Assembly: GCA_965644295.1 (NCBI GenBank)
Contig: CBFFRP010000552.1
Coordinates: 1 to 27,223, forward strand
Direction: 5' to 3'
Length of the DNA stretch: 27,223 nucleotides
Source of the DNA: Paraphysomonas bandaiensis
Lineage: Eukaryota; Protista; Chrysophyceae
The translations under genes and the position numbers were made by a program. This document shows positions 12,701 to 24,112 of the stretch, piece after piece (position 1 is the stretch's first letter; each line of letters starts with the position of its first letter). The notes beneath the pieces were generated by a model. That model made no database searches. It worked only from the letters and a program-made list of their open reading frames with translations, and was not told the origin of the DNA.

Positions 12701-15700
12701 TAAAAAAGCATTAGATTGCAGTACCAGAGGAGTGTAAGTGAATATATGTCGAGAGAGTTGTCCCACCATAGAAACATACGGCAGAATATCATTTACCGTT
12801 TTTATGATAGCTATGGCAGAGCTGCATTCACCGAGAAAATTGCACAGCCATAGCTCAAAGATGTACCTATAACCGCCTTGAAATAGTTGCGCTGGCATTG
12901 CAGGTGGTGGGCTAATCACGTAATTCTCGACAAGCCATTCCTGAACTGTATGGACGGTATCGCTAACACTGGTCACAGTGATGTTGAAGTGTTTCCATGG
13001 TCGACCACCCGAACCAGAGGAGGCAGTAATATCGATCACAGGTCTGTCGCAGGGACCGGAGACTTTTGGGTGTGTCACAACGAGGGTGGGTGAGATGGGG
13101 TCGTAGGGGGCAGCTAAAACCATCTCTGTCCTGTTCACAGTAGCCCAGCCACTACACTCTGACGATGTGGAGGTGCATTGAGCTCTCAGTTGACCCCGCA
13201 GTAGCACCACAATATCACCCACTTCAGGTAGAAGAGGCCCTTTGAAATACACAGTAAGTGTGGTGGCCGAGGTCCAAAGGCAGTCTGACGATAAGGCCCC
13301 AGCTACATCCAGGAGACGAGAGCACTTGAAATATGAGGAATACTGCGCCTTGTCTGTAGGTGAATCAAATTTCAGGACAGCGGACTCACCACTATTTGAG
13401 AACTGAGCTGACATTAAACGCGGGGTGCTGGGTTCTACTTCAGAGGACTCTACAGTGAACGACTGCCCACTTCGGAAGATTACATCATACTCCTGCTGCA
13501 CTGCAAAATCCATCATAGTCACCTGTAGTGTGTACAGTCCCGGCGCACAGTTGGCGACAGTGAAGTAATGTGTCTTCGACCATGAGGAATGTGTAACAGT
13601 CACAATGTCATCCAGAAAGGGGGATACAGTGTACGAACCACTGCTGTTTGACACCCCAGCAGATATCCACATATCACTGCTGGATGACGGAGCTGCCGAA
13701 AGGGTTACTACAACCATATTCCAGCCCACACTATCTTCTTGCAGCACAAACATATTCAAATCCACAAATATGCTCTTACAACAGAGAGTTTCCCAAACGA
13801 CTGCATTCGAGAGCATTTCTTCATATGAGGTAGCTAACAGGTGGTCGTTTTGCGTGACACAATAGAGCGTGTAATTCGTGGACGGTGTTAGAGATGTTAT
13901 CGTGATTGCGGCGTTAACAGAAGTATCATCCACATAGTCAAAATTGTTTGTAGAAATTACAGAACTTACAGAGTCTACGATTAACATAGATTCAAAGCTT
14001 GCGCAATAGACATAGCCTCTGTTTGAGAGCTGAATTGAAAGTGTAACGCGATCTCGATACGCAGTCCAGTCCATACGTAATACTTCAGGTAAATGTGCAA
14101 CTGAAGGAGCATGCTTCGATGGAAAAGACGAATGTAGTTGTCCAGATGGCGCACCTGTAGGTTCACTAAATGGTTGTCGTGTTGGCTCACTCGATGGCTG
14201 TCCAGTGGGGATACCAGACGGCTGTCCAGTAGGTTGATCAGATGGTTCACCTGTAGGGAAACTAGATGGCTGTTCTGTTGGTTCACCGGATGGCAGTCCT
14301 GTTGGTTCACCGGATGGCTGTTCACTAGGGATCCCAGATGGCTCACATGTGGGTTGACATGATGGCTCACCTGTAGGTTCACTAGATGGCTGTTCTGTTG
14401 GTTCACCGGATGGCAGTCCAGTAGGTTGGCCAGATGGCTGTCCTGTTGGTTGACATGATGGCTGTCCACTAGGGATCCCAGATGGCTCACATGTGGGTTG
14501 ACATGATGGCTAACCTGTAGGTTCACTAGATGGCTGTTCTGTTGGTTCACCGGATGGCAGTCCAGTAGGTTTGCCAGATGGCTGTCCACTAGGGATCCCA
14601 GATGGCTCACATGTGGGTTGACATGAAGGCTCACCTGTAGGTTCACTAGATGGCTGTTCTGTTGGTTCACCGGATGGCAGTCCAGTAGGTTGGCCAGATG
14701 GCTGTCCTGTTGGTTGACATGATGGCTGTCCACTAGGGATCCCAGATGGCTCACATGTGGGTTGGCATGATGGCTCACCTGTAGGTTCACTAGATGGTTG
14801 TCGTGTTGGTTCACTAGATGGCTGTTCTGTTGGTTCACCGGATGGCAGTCCACTTGGGATCCCAGATGGCTCACATGTGGGTTGGCATGATGGCTCACCT
14901 GTAGGTTCACTAGATGGCAGTCCACTAGGTTCACTAGATGGCTGTTCTGTTGGTTCACCGGATGGCAGTCCAGTAGGTTGGCCAGATGGCTGTCCTGTTG
15001 GTTGACATGACGGCTGTCCACTAGGGATCCCAGATGGCTCACATGTGGGTTGGCATGATGGCTCACCTGTAGGTTCACTAGATGGTTGTCGTGTTGGTTC
15101 ACTAGATGGCTGTCCTGTTGGTTGACATGACGGCAGTCCACTAGGGATCCCAGATGGCTCACATGTGGGTTGGCATGATGGCTCACCTGTAGGTTTACTA
15201 GATGGTAGTTCACTAGGTTCACTAGATGGCTGTTCTGTTGGTTCACCGGATGGCAGTCCACTAGGGATCCCAGATGGCTCACCTGTGGGGAAACTAGATG
15301 GCTCACCTGTAGGTTTACTAGATGGCAGTCCACTAGGTTCACTAGATGGCTGTTCTGTTGGTTCACCGGATGGCAGTCCAGTAGGTTGGCCAGATGGCTG
15401 TCCTGTTGGTTGACATGACGGCTGTCCACTAGGGATCCCAGATGGCTCACATGTGGGTTGGCATGATGGCTCACCTGTAGGGAAACTAGATGGTTGTCGT
15501 GTTGGTTCACTAGATGGCTGTCCTGTTGGTTGACATGACGGCTGTCCACTAGGGATCCCAGATGGCTCACATGTGGGTTGGCATGATGGCTCACCTGTAG
15601 GTTCACTAGTTGGCTGTCCTGAAGGGAAATGAGTCGGTGCAGATGTCGGTCTCAAGCATTCATGGTAACTGGTTTGTGTGAGGTAGAATTCTGATAATTT

Positions 15701-18700
15701 AGTCATTGTGCATAGTTCGGAAGGGTAGACACCTGTGAACATATTGTTATCTCCCCTTAGGGCTTTTAATTCGGTTAGACTGGAAAAAGAGTCGGGGAGA
15801 GGACCCGTTAAGGAGTTATCCTTTAGAATGAGAGCAGTAAGAGAAGTCAACTGACCCAATGATGAGGGGAGAGGACCCGTTAAGGAATTGTAATATAGAC
15901 CGAGATAACGAAGAGAGGTCAGCTGACCCAATGATGAAGGGAGAGTACCCGCTAAGGAATTGGAATGTATATGGAGAACATGAAGAGACGTCATTTGACC
16001 CAATATTGAGGGGAGAGTACCCGCTAAGGAATTGGAATGTAGATTGAGACTAACAAGAGAAGTCATCTGACCCAATGATGAGGGCAGTGTACCGGTGAGA
16101 GAGTTGAAACCAATATTCAACAAAGACAATGCAGTCATATCACTGATAGATGAGGGGAGAGATCCTGATATCCCATAATAAACTATGTCCACACTGGTTA
16201 TGTCTGATCCTGTACATGTGACTCCACTGAAAGTGCATTTATTCCCCACATTCGCACAGGTCCATTCAGACCGTTTGGAGGTAACATCCGTAGCCTCAAT
16301 GAAATCACACAGCGCTGCCTCTTCCAGGCTAATTGTCGGTTCACTAGTTGGCTGTCCTGAAGGGAAATGAGTCGGTGCAGATGTCGGTCTCAAGCATTCA
16401 TGGTAACTGGTTTGTGTGAGGTAGAATTCTGATAATTTAGTCATTGTGCATAGTTCGGAAGGGTAGACACCTGTGAACATATTGTTATCTCCCCTTAGGG
16501 CTTTTAATTCGGTTAGACTGGAAAAAGAGTCGGGGAGAGGACCCGTTAAGGAGTTATCCTTTAGAATGAGAGCAGTAAGAGAAGTCAACTGACCCAATGA
16601 TGAGGGGAGAGGACCCGTTAAGGAATTGTAATATAGACCGAGATAACGAAGAGAGGTCAGCTGACCCAATGATGAAGGGAGAGTACCCGCTAAGGAATTG
16701 GAATGTATATGGAGAACATGAAGAGACGTCATTTGACCCAATATTGAGGGGAGAGTACCCGCTAAGGAATTGGAATGTAGATTGAGACTAACAAGAGAAG
16801 TCATCTGACCCAATGATGAGGGCAGTGTACCGGTGAGAGAGTTGAAACCAATATTCAACAAAGACAATGCAGTCATATCACTGATAGATGAGGGGAGAGA
16901 TCCTGATATCCCATAATAAACTATGTCCACACTGGTTATGTCTGATCCTGTACATGTGACTCCACTGAAAGTGCATTTATTCCCCACATTCGCACAGGTC
17001 CATTCAGACCGTTTGGAGGTAACATCCGTAGCCTCAATGAAATCACACAGCGCTGCCTCTTCCAGGCTAATTGTCGGTTCACTAGTTGGCTGTCCTGAAG
17101 GGAAATGAGTCGGTGCAGATGTCGGTCTCAAGCATTCATGGTAACTGGTTTGTGTGAGGTAGAATTCTGATAATTTAGTCATTGTGCATAGTTCGGAAGG
17201 GTAGACACCTGTGAACATATTGTTATCTCCCCTTAGGGCTTTTAATTCGGTTAGACTGGAAAAAGAGTCGGGGAGAGGACCCGTTAAGGAGTTATCCTTT
17301 AGAATGAGAGCAGTAAGAGAAGTCAACTGACCCAATGATGAGGGGAGAGGACCCGTTAAGGAATTGTAATATAGACCGAGATAACGAAGAGAGGTCAGCT
17401 GACCCAATGATGAAGGGAGAGTACCCGCTAAGGAATTGGAATGTATATGGAGAACATGAAGAGACGTCATTTGACCCAATGTTGAGGGGAGAGTACCCGC
17501 TAAGGAATTGGAATGTAGATTGAGACTAACAAGAGAAGTCATCTGACCCAATGATGAGGGCAGTGTACCGGTGAGAGAGTTGAAACCAATATTCAACAAA
17601 GACAATGCAGTCATATCACTGATAGATGAGGGGAGAGATCCTGATATCCCATAATAAACTATGTCCACACTGGTTATGTCTGATCCTGTACATGTGACTC
17701 CACTGAAAGTGCATTTATTCCCCACATTCGCACAGGTCCATTCAGACCGTTTGGAGGTAACATCCGTAGCCTCAATGAAATCACACAGCGCTGCCTCTTC
17801 CAGGCTAATTGTCGGTTCACTAGTTGGCTGTCCTGAAGGGAAATGAGTCGGTGCAGATGTCGGTCTCAAGCATTCATGGTAACTGGTTTGTGTGAGGTAG
17901 AATTCTGATAATTTAGTCATTGTGCATAGTTCGGAAGGGTAGACACCTGTGAACATATTGTTATCTCCCCTTAGGGCTTTTAATTCGGTTAGACTGGAAA
18001 AAGAGTCGGGGAGAGGACCCGTTAAGGAGTTATCCTTTAGAATGAGAGCAGTAAGAGAAGTCAACTGACCCAATGATGAGGGGAGAGGACCCGTTAAGGA
18101 ATTGTAATATAGACCGAGATAACGAAGAGAGGTCAGCTGACCCAATGATGAAGGGAGAGTACCCGCTAAGGAATTGGAATGTATATGGAGAACATGAAGA
18201 GACGTCATTTGACCCAATGTTGAGGGGAGAGTACCCGCTAAGGAATTGGAATGTAGATTGAGACTAACAAGAGAAGTCATCTGACCCAATGATGAGGGCA
18301 GTGTACCGGTGAGAGAGTTGAAACCAATATTCAACAAAGACAATGCAGTCATATCACTGATAGATGAGGGGAGAGATCCTGATATCCCATAATAAACTAT
18401 GTCCACACTGGTTATGTCTGATCCTGTACATGTGACTCCACTGAAAGTGCATTTATTCCCCACATTCGCACAGGTCCATTCAGACCGTTTGGAGGTAACA
18501 TCCGTAGCCTCAATGAAATCACACAGCGCTGCCTCTTCCAGGCTAATTGTCGGTTCACTAGTTGGCTGTCCTGAAGGGAAATGAGTCGGTGCAGATGTCG
18601 GTCTCAAGCATTCATGGTAACTGGTTTGTGTGAGGTAGAATTCTGATAATTTAGTCATTGTGCATAGTTCGGAAGGGTAGACACCTGTGAACATATTGTT

Positions 18701-21700
18701 ATCTCCCCTTAGGGCTTTTAATTCGGTTAGACTGGAAAAAGAGTCGGGGAGAGGACCCGTTAAGGAGTTATCCTTTAGAATGAGAGCAGTAAGAGAAGTC
18801 AACTGACCCAATGATGAGGGGAGAGGACCCGTTAAGGAATTGTAATATAGACCGAGATAACGAAGAGAGGTCAGCTGACCCAATGATGAAGGGAGAGTAC
18901 CCGCTAAGGAATTGGAATGTATATGGAGAACATGAAGAGACGTCATTTGACCCAATGTTGAGGGGAGAGTACCCGCTAAGGAATTGGAATGTAGATTGAG
19001 ACTAACAAGAGAAGTCATCTGACCCAATGATGAGGGCAGTGTACCGGTGAGAGAGTTGAAACCAATATTCAACAAAGACAATGCAGTCATATCACTGATA
19101 GATGAGGGGAGAGATCCTGATATCCCATAATAAACTATGTCCACACTGGTTATGTCTGATCCTGTACATGTGACTCCACTGAAAGTGCATTTATTCCCCA
19201 CATTCGCACAGGTCCATTCAGACCGTTTGGAGGTAACATCCGTAGCCTCAATGAAATCACACAGCGCTGCCTCTTCCAGGCTAATTGTCGGTTCACTAGA
19301 TGGCTGTCCTGAAGGGAAATGAGTCGGTGCAGATGTCGGTCTCAAGCATTCATGGTAACTGGTTTGTGTGAGGTAGAATTCTGATAATTTAGTCATTGTG
19401 CATAGTTCGGAAGGGTAGACACCTGTGAACATATTGTTATCTCCCCTTAGGGCTTTTAATTCGGTTAGACTGGAAAAAGAGTCGGGGAGAGGACCCGTTA
19501 AGGAGTTATCCTTTAGAATGAGAGCAGTAAGAGAAGTCAACTGACCCAATGATGAGGGGAGAGGACCCGTTAAGGAATTGTAATATAGACCGAGATAACG
19601 AAGAGAGGTCAGCTGACCCAATGATGAAGGGAGAGTACCCGCTAAGGAATTGGAATGTATATGGAGAACATGAAGAGACGTCATTTGACCCAATGTTGAG
19701 GGGAGAGTACCCGCTAAGGAATTGGAATGTAGATTGAGACTAACAAGAGAAGTCATCTGACCCAATGATGAGGGCAGTGTACCGGTGAGAGAGTTGAAAC
19801 CAATATTCAACAAAGACAATGCAGTCATATCACTGATAGATGAGGGGAGAGATCCTGATATCCCATAATAAACTATGTCCACACTGGTTATGTCTGATCC
19901 TGTACATGTGACTCCACTGAAAGTGCATTTATTCCCCACATTCGCACAGGTCCATTCAGACCGTTTGGAGGTAACATCCGTAGCCTCAATGAAATCACAC
20001 AGCGCTGCCTCTTCCAGGCTAATTGTCGGTTCACTAGATGGCTGTCCTGAAGGGAAATGAGTCGGTGCAGATGTCGGTCTCAAGCATTCATGGTAACTGG
20101 TTTGTGTGAGGTAGAATTCTGATAATTTAGTCATTGTGCATAGTTCGGAAGGGTAGACACCTGTGAACATATTGTTATCTCCCCTTAGGGCTTTTAATTC
20201 GGTTAGACTGGAAAAAGAGTCGGGGAGAGGACCCGTTAAGGAGTTATCCTTTAGAATGAGAGCAGTAAGAGAAGTCAACTGACCCAATGATGAGGGGAGA
20301 GGACCCGTTAAGGAATTGTAATATAGACCGAGATAACGAAGAGAGGTCAGCTGACCCAATGATGAAGGGAGAGTACCCGCTAAGGAATTGGAATGTATAT
20401 GGAGAACATGAAGAGACGTCATTTGACCCAATGTTGAGGGGAGAGTACCCGCTAAGGAATTGGAATGTAGATTGAGACTAACAAGAGAAGTCATCTGACC
20501 CAATGATGAGGGCAGTGTACCGGTGAGAGAGTTGAAACCAATATTCAACAAAGACAATGCAGTCATATCACTGATAGATGAGGGGAGAGATCCTGATATC
20601 CCATAATAAACTATGTCCACACTGGTTATGTCTGATCCTGTACATGTGACTCCACTGAAAGTGCATTTATTCCCCACATTCGCACAGGTCCATTCAGACC
20701 GTTTGGAGGTAACATCCGTAGCCTCAATGAAATCACACAGCGCTGCCTCTTCCAGGCTAATTGTCGGTTCACTAGATGGCTGTCCTGAAGGGAAATGAGT
20801 CGGTGCAGATGTCGGTCTCAAGCATTCATGGTAACTGGTTTGTGTGAGGTAGAATTCTGATAATTTAGTCATTGTGCATAGTTCGGAAGGGTAGACACCT
20901 GTGAACATATTGTTATCTCCCCTTAGGGCTTTTAATTCGGTTAGACTGGAAAAAGAGTCGGGGAGAGGACCCGTTAAGGAGTTATCCTTTAGAATGAGAG
21001 CAGTAAGAGAAGTCAACTGACCCAATGATGAGGGGAGAGGACCCGTTAAGGAATTGTAATATAGACCGAGATAACGAAGAGAGGTCAGCTGACCCAATGA
21101 TGAAGGGAGAGTACCCGCTAAGGAATTGGAATGTATATGGAGAACATGAAGAGACGTCATTTGACCCAATGTTGAGGGGAGAGTACCCGCTAAGGAATTG
21201 GAATGTAGATTGAGACTAACAAGAGAAGTCATCTGACCCAATGATGAGGGCAGTGTACCGGTGAGAGAGTTGAAACCAATATTCAACAAAGACAATGCAG
21301 TCATATCACTGATAGATGAGGGGAGAGATCCTGATATCCCATAATAAACTATGTCCACACTGGTTATGTCTGATCCTGTACATGTGACTCCACTGAAAGT
21401 GCATTTATTCCCCACATTCGCACAGGTCCATTCAGACCGTTTGGAGGTAACATCCGTAGCCTCAATGAAATCACACAGCGCTGCCTCTTCCAGGCTAATT
21501 GTCGGTTCACTAGATGGCTGTCCTGAAGGGAAATGAGTCGGTGCAGATGTCGGTCTCAAGCATTCATGGTAACTGGTTTGTGTGAGGTAGAATTCTGATA
21601 ATTTAGTCATTGTGCATAGTTCGGAAGGGTAGACACCTGCAGAACATATTGTTATCTCCCTTAGGGCTTTTAATTCGGTTAGACTGGAAAAAGAGTCGGG

Positions 21701-23352
21701 GAGAGGACCCGTTAAGGAGTTATCCTTTAGAATGGAGAGCAGTAAGAGAAGTCAACTGACCCAATGATGAGTGAAAGTGCATTTATTCCCCACATTCGCA
21801 CAGGTCCATTCAGACCGTTTGGAGGTAACATCCGTAGCCTCAATGAAATCACACAGCGCTGCCTCTTCCAGGCTAATTGTCGGTTCACTAGATGGCTGTC
21901 CTGAAGGGAAATGAGTCGGTGCAGATGTCGGTCTCAAGCATTCATGGTAACTGGTTTGTGTGAGGTAGAATTCTGATAATTTAGTCATTGTGCATAGTTC
22001 GGAAGGGTAGACACCTGTGAACATATTGTTATCTCCCCTTAGGGCTTTTAATTCGGTTAGACTGGAAAAAGAGTCGGGGAGAGGACCCGTTAAGGAGTTA
22101 TCCTTTAGAATGAGAGCAGTAAGAGAAGTCAACTGACCCAATGATGAGGGAGAGGACCCGTTAAGGAATTGTAATATAGACCGAGATAACGAAGAGAGGT
22201 CAGCTGACCCAATGATGAAGGGAGAGTACCCGCTAAGGAATTGGAATGTATATGGAGAACATGAAGAGACGTCATTTGACCCAATGTTGAGGGGAGAGTA
22301 CCCGCTAAGGAATTGGAATGTAGATTGAGACTAACAAGAGAAGTCATCTGACCCAATGATGAGGGCAGTGTACCGGTGAGAGAGTTGAAACCAATATTCA
22401 ACAAAGACAATGCAGTCATATCACTGATAGATGAGGGGAGAGATCCTGATATCCCATAATAAACTATGTCCACACTGGTTATGTCTGATCCTGTACATGT
22501 GACTCCACTGAAAGTGCATTTATTCCCCACATTCGCACAGGTCCATTCAGACCGTTTGGAGGTAACATCCGTAGCCTCAATGAAATCACACAGCGCTGCC
22601 TCTTCCAGGCTAATTGTCGGTTCACTAGATGGCTGTCCTGAAGGGAAATGAGTCGGTGCAGATGTCGGTCTCAAGCATTCATGGTAACTGGTTTGTGTGA
22701 GGTAGAATGTTGATAATTTAGTCATTGTGCATAGTTCGGAAGGGTAGACACCTGTGAACATATTGTTTTCTCCCCTAAGAATTTTCAATTTGGTTAGACT
22801 GGAAAAAGAGTCGGGGAGAGGACCCGTTAAGGAATTGCCAAATAAAAAGAGATAACTAAGAGAAGTTCTCTGACCCAATGATGAGGGGAGAGCACCCGTT
22901 AAGGAATTGTCATGCAGACTGAGAAGACGAAGAGAAGTCATTTGACCCAATGATGAGGGGAGAGTACCCGCTAAGGAATTGACATATAGATGGAGATCGC
23001 GAAGAGAAGTCATCTGTCCCAATGATGAGGGCAGTGTACCGGTGAGAGAGTTGGTACCTATATCCAAAAACGTCAATGCAGTCATATCACTGATAGATGA
23101 GGGGAGAGATCCTGATATCCCATCATTATTTAGATTCACATTGGTTATATCTGATCCTGTACATGTGACTCCACTGAAAGTGCATTTATTCCCCACATTC
23201 GCACAGGTCCATTCAGACCATATGGAGGTAACATCCGTAGCCTCAATGAAATCACACAGCGCTGCCTCTTGTGAGGCAACTGAAGCAACTGTGAATGTTT
23301 TCAATACAGAAAAACTGATAAAAAGAAATAAAAAGCGAATGAAAAGATTCAT
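6718..23352 (-). CDS. Giant polycystin-1-like surface receptor gene (signal peptide, tandem LRR modules, Pro/Ser/Thr stalk, REJ/PKD-like, EGF-like, GPS-like, multi-TM); disrupted as assembled
   Basis: Signal peptide MNLFIRFLFLFISFSVLKTFTVAS at 23352. ORFs 22129-23352, 21752-22141, 14510-21610 and 9332-14074 are collinear, and the last two share one frame separated only by a TAG at 14510-14512. 3' exons join at GT-AG sites (9371|~9292 YPEDNGKCEAH...EVTLK|AIMIASVICS...). The final stop is either at 6814 or at TGA 6718 after a last intron. Confidence 0.8.
9371..14074 (-). other. REJ/PKD-like, Cys-rich EGF-like and degenerate GPS-like region plus first TM segments of the giant gene
   Basis: AIIEGGSQQSLRIGGSVLLDASGSYD..FRWTC and NTPPQPGLLSVFPPSGIAWDTVFTLIAESWSDEDLPLSY are REJ hallmarks. 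CLCDKGFSGLFCE is EGF-like. CTVDSYTVWNTTCLC is GPS-like. LLVVSLFGTIWSMGFLAMCYMF and VLLHLLTTLSMLMFFLALLY are hydrophobic segments. Confidence 0.8.
14140..15630 (-). repeat. Coding 12-bp-unit repeat encoding a Pro/Ser/Thr-rich P(S/T)xx stalk
   Basis: PSCQ PTCE PSGI PSGQ PTGL PSGE PTEQ PSSE tetrapeptides arranged in higher-order blocks. Confidence 0.95.
15600..23280 (-). repeat. Coding tandem array of 738-bp (246-aa) capped LRR modules: 8 intact, 1 truncated, 1 with a 1-bp deletion, 1 divergent
   Basis: Exact 738-bp period (15859, 16597, 17335 ... 21025). Each unit has a Cys N-cap (WTCANVGNKCTFSGVTC), 24-aa plant-type extracellular LRRs (LxxLxLxxNxLxGxLPxxLG), a Cys C-cap and a PT/PS linker. 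Confidence 0.97.
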
Positions 23353-23762
23353 ATGTATAGAAACATCTATATAAACATATATAAGAAAGAATAGTATGAA
23401 ATATATAAGAAATTATCATTTTATGGTTGAGAATTGCAATTGCAAGTGCTATTTGGCTAGCTATTTGGATAAAAGTTGTCCAGCCCACTGGACTCAAATA
23501 GTACACAGTCATACTAGTATATCTGTGTGTGGGATTACAATCTCATCCAAACATTACTTTGTATAAGGAAGTCTAGAAGTCAGTGCACGATTGGCTCCGC
23601 TTTTTTTTGGTCATTTTTAGATGTCCATAATTTGGAAGGTTCCCCGTCCTTCCTCGCCATCCCTGAGAATACGCACCGTAATACAGTTTTATTTCGACTA
23701 CATAACAAAACTGTGCGTAGTCTGATACTACATACAGTTCAGCTGACTGTCTCCCCCTGTGT

Positions 23763-23796
23763 TGTGTGTGTTTTCATATATAGAAATATATACTGA
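23763..23796 (-). promoter_or_regulatory. Second copy of the putative TATA/(GT)n promoter motif, in the divergent intergenic region
   Basis: tgtgtgtgttttcatatatagaaatatatactga differs from 2606-2640 by one indel and one substitution. Confidence 0.45.
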
Positions 23797-24112
23797 AATT
23801 TCCGGATTTTTGGATTTCTAGATTAGATATCTCCTGTTTTATCACATGAACAAGATGCACATCCTTCTGTACTCGAGATCCATCATGCGGGCAAAATAAT
23901 AATTTTGTCCTGTACAACAATTCCATCAGTATATACATGTATGTGTATATGATCACCAAATACAAAATTATAATCAGACAAAATTACCTCGTAATAATTC
24001 ATACCAACACACTTGCTTGAGCGAGCAAATCCCTTAAACACATCAGTGGCTTCATCATCTACTATCTACACCCACACATCATATATATATACATATAATC
24101 ATTAGAAGTGAA

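Noticed and set aside
14510-14512. TAG reassigned to Glu (variant genetic code)
   Set aside because: Only one in-frame TAG in thousands of codons; a reassigned code would show many.
13981-15606. 541-aa His/Leu/Val/Asn-rich ORF and plus-strand GSPVG ORFs
   Set aside because: Alternative-frame shadows of the 12-bp stalk repeat. The P(S/T)xx frame is the one continuous with the LRR and REJ regions.
15859-22651. Recurrent 61-62 aa plus-strand ORFs
   Set aside because: Antisense shadows repeating with the 738-bp LRR period.
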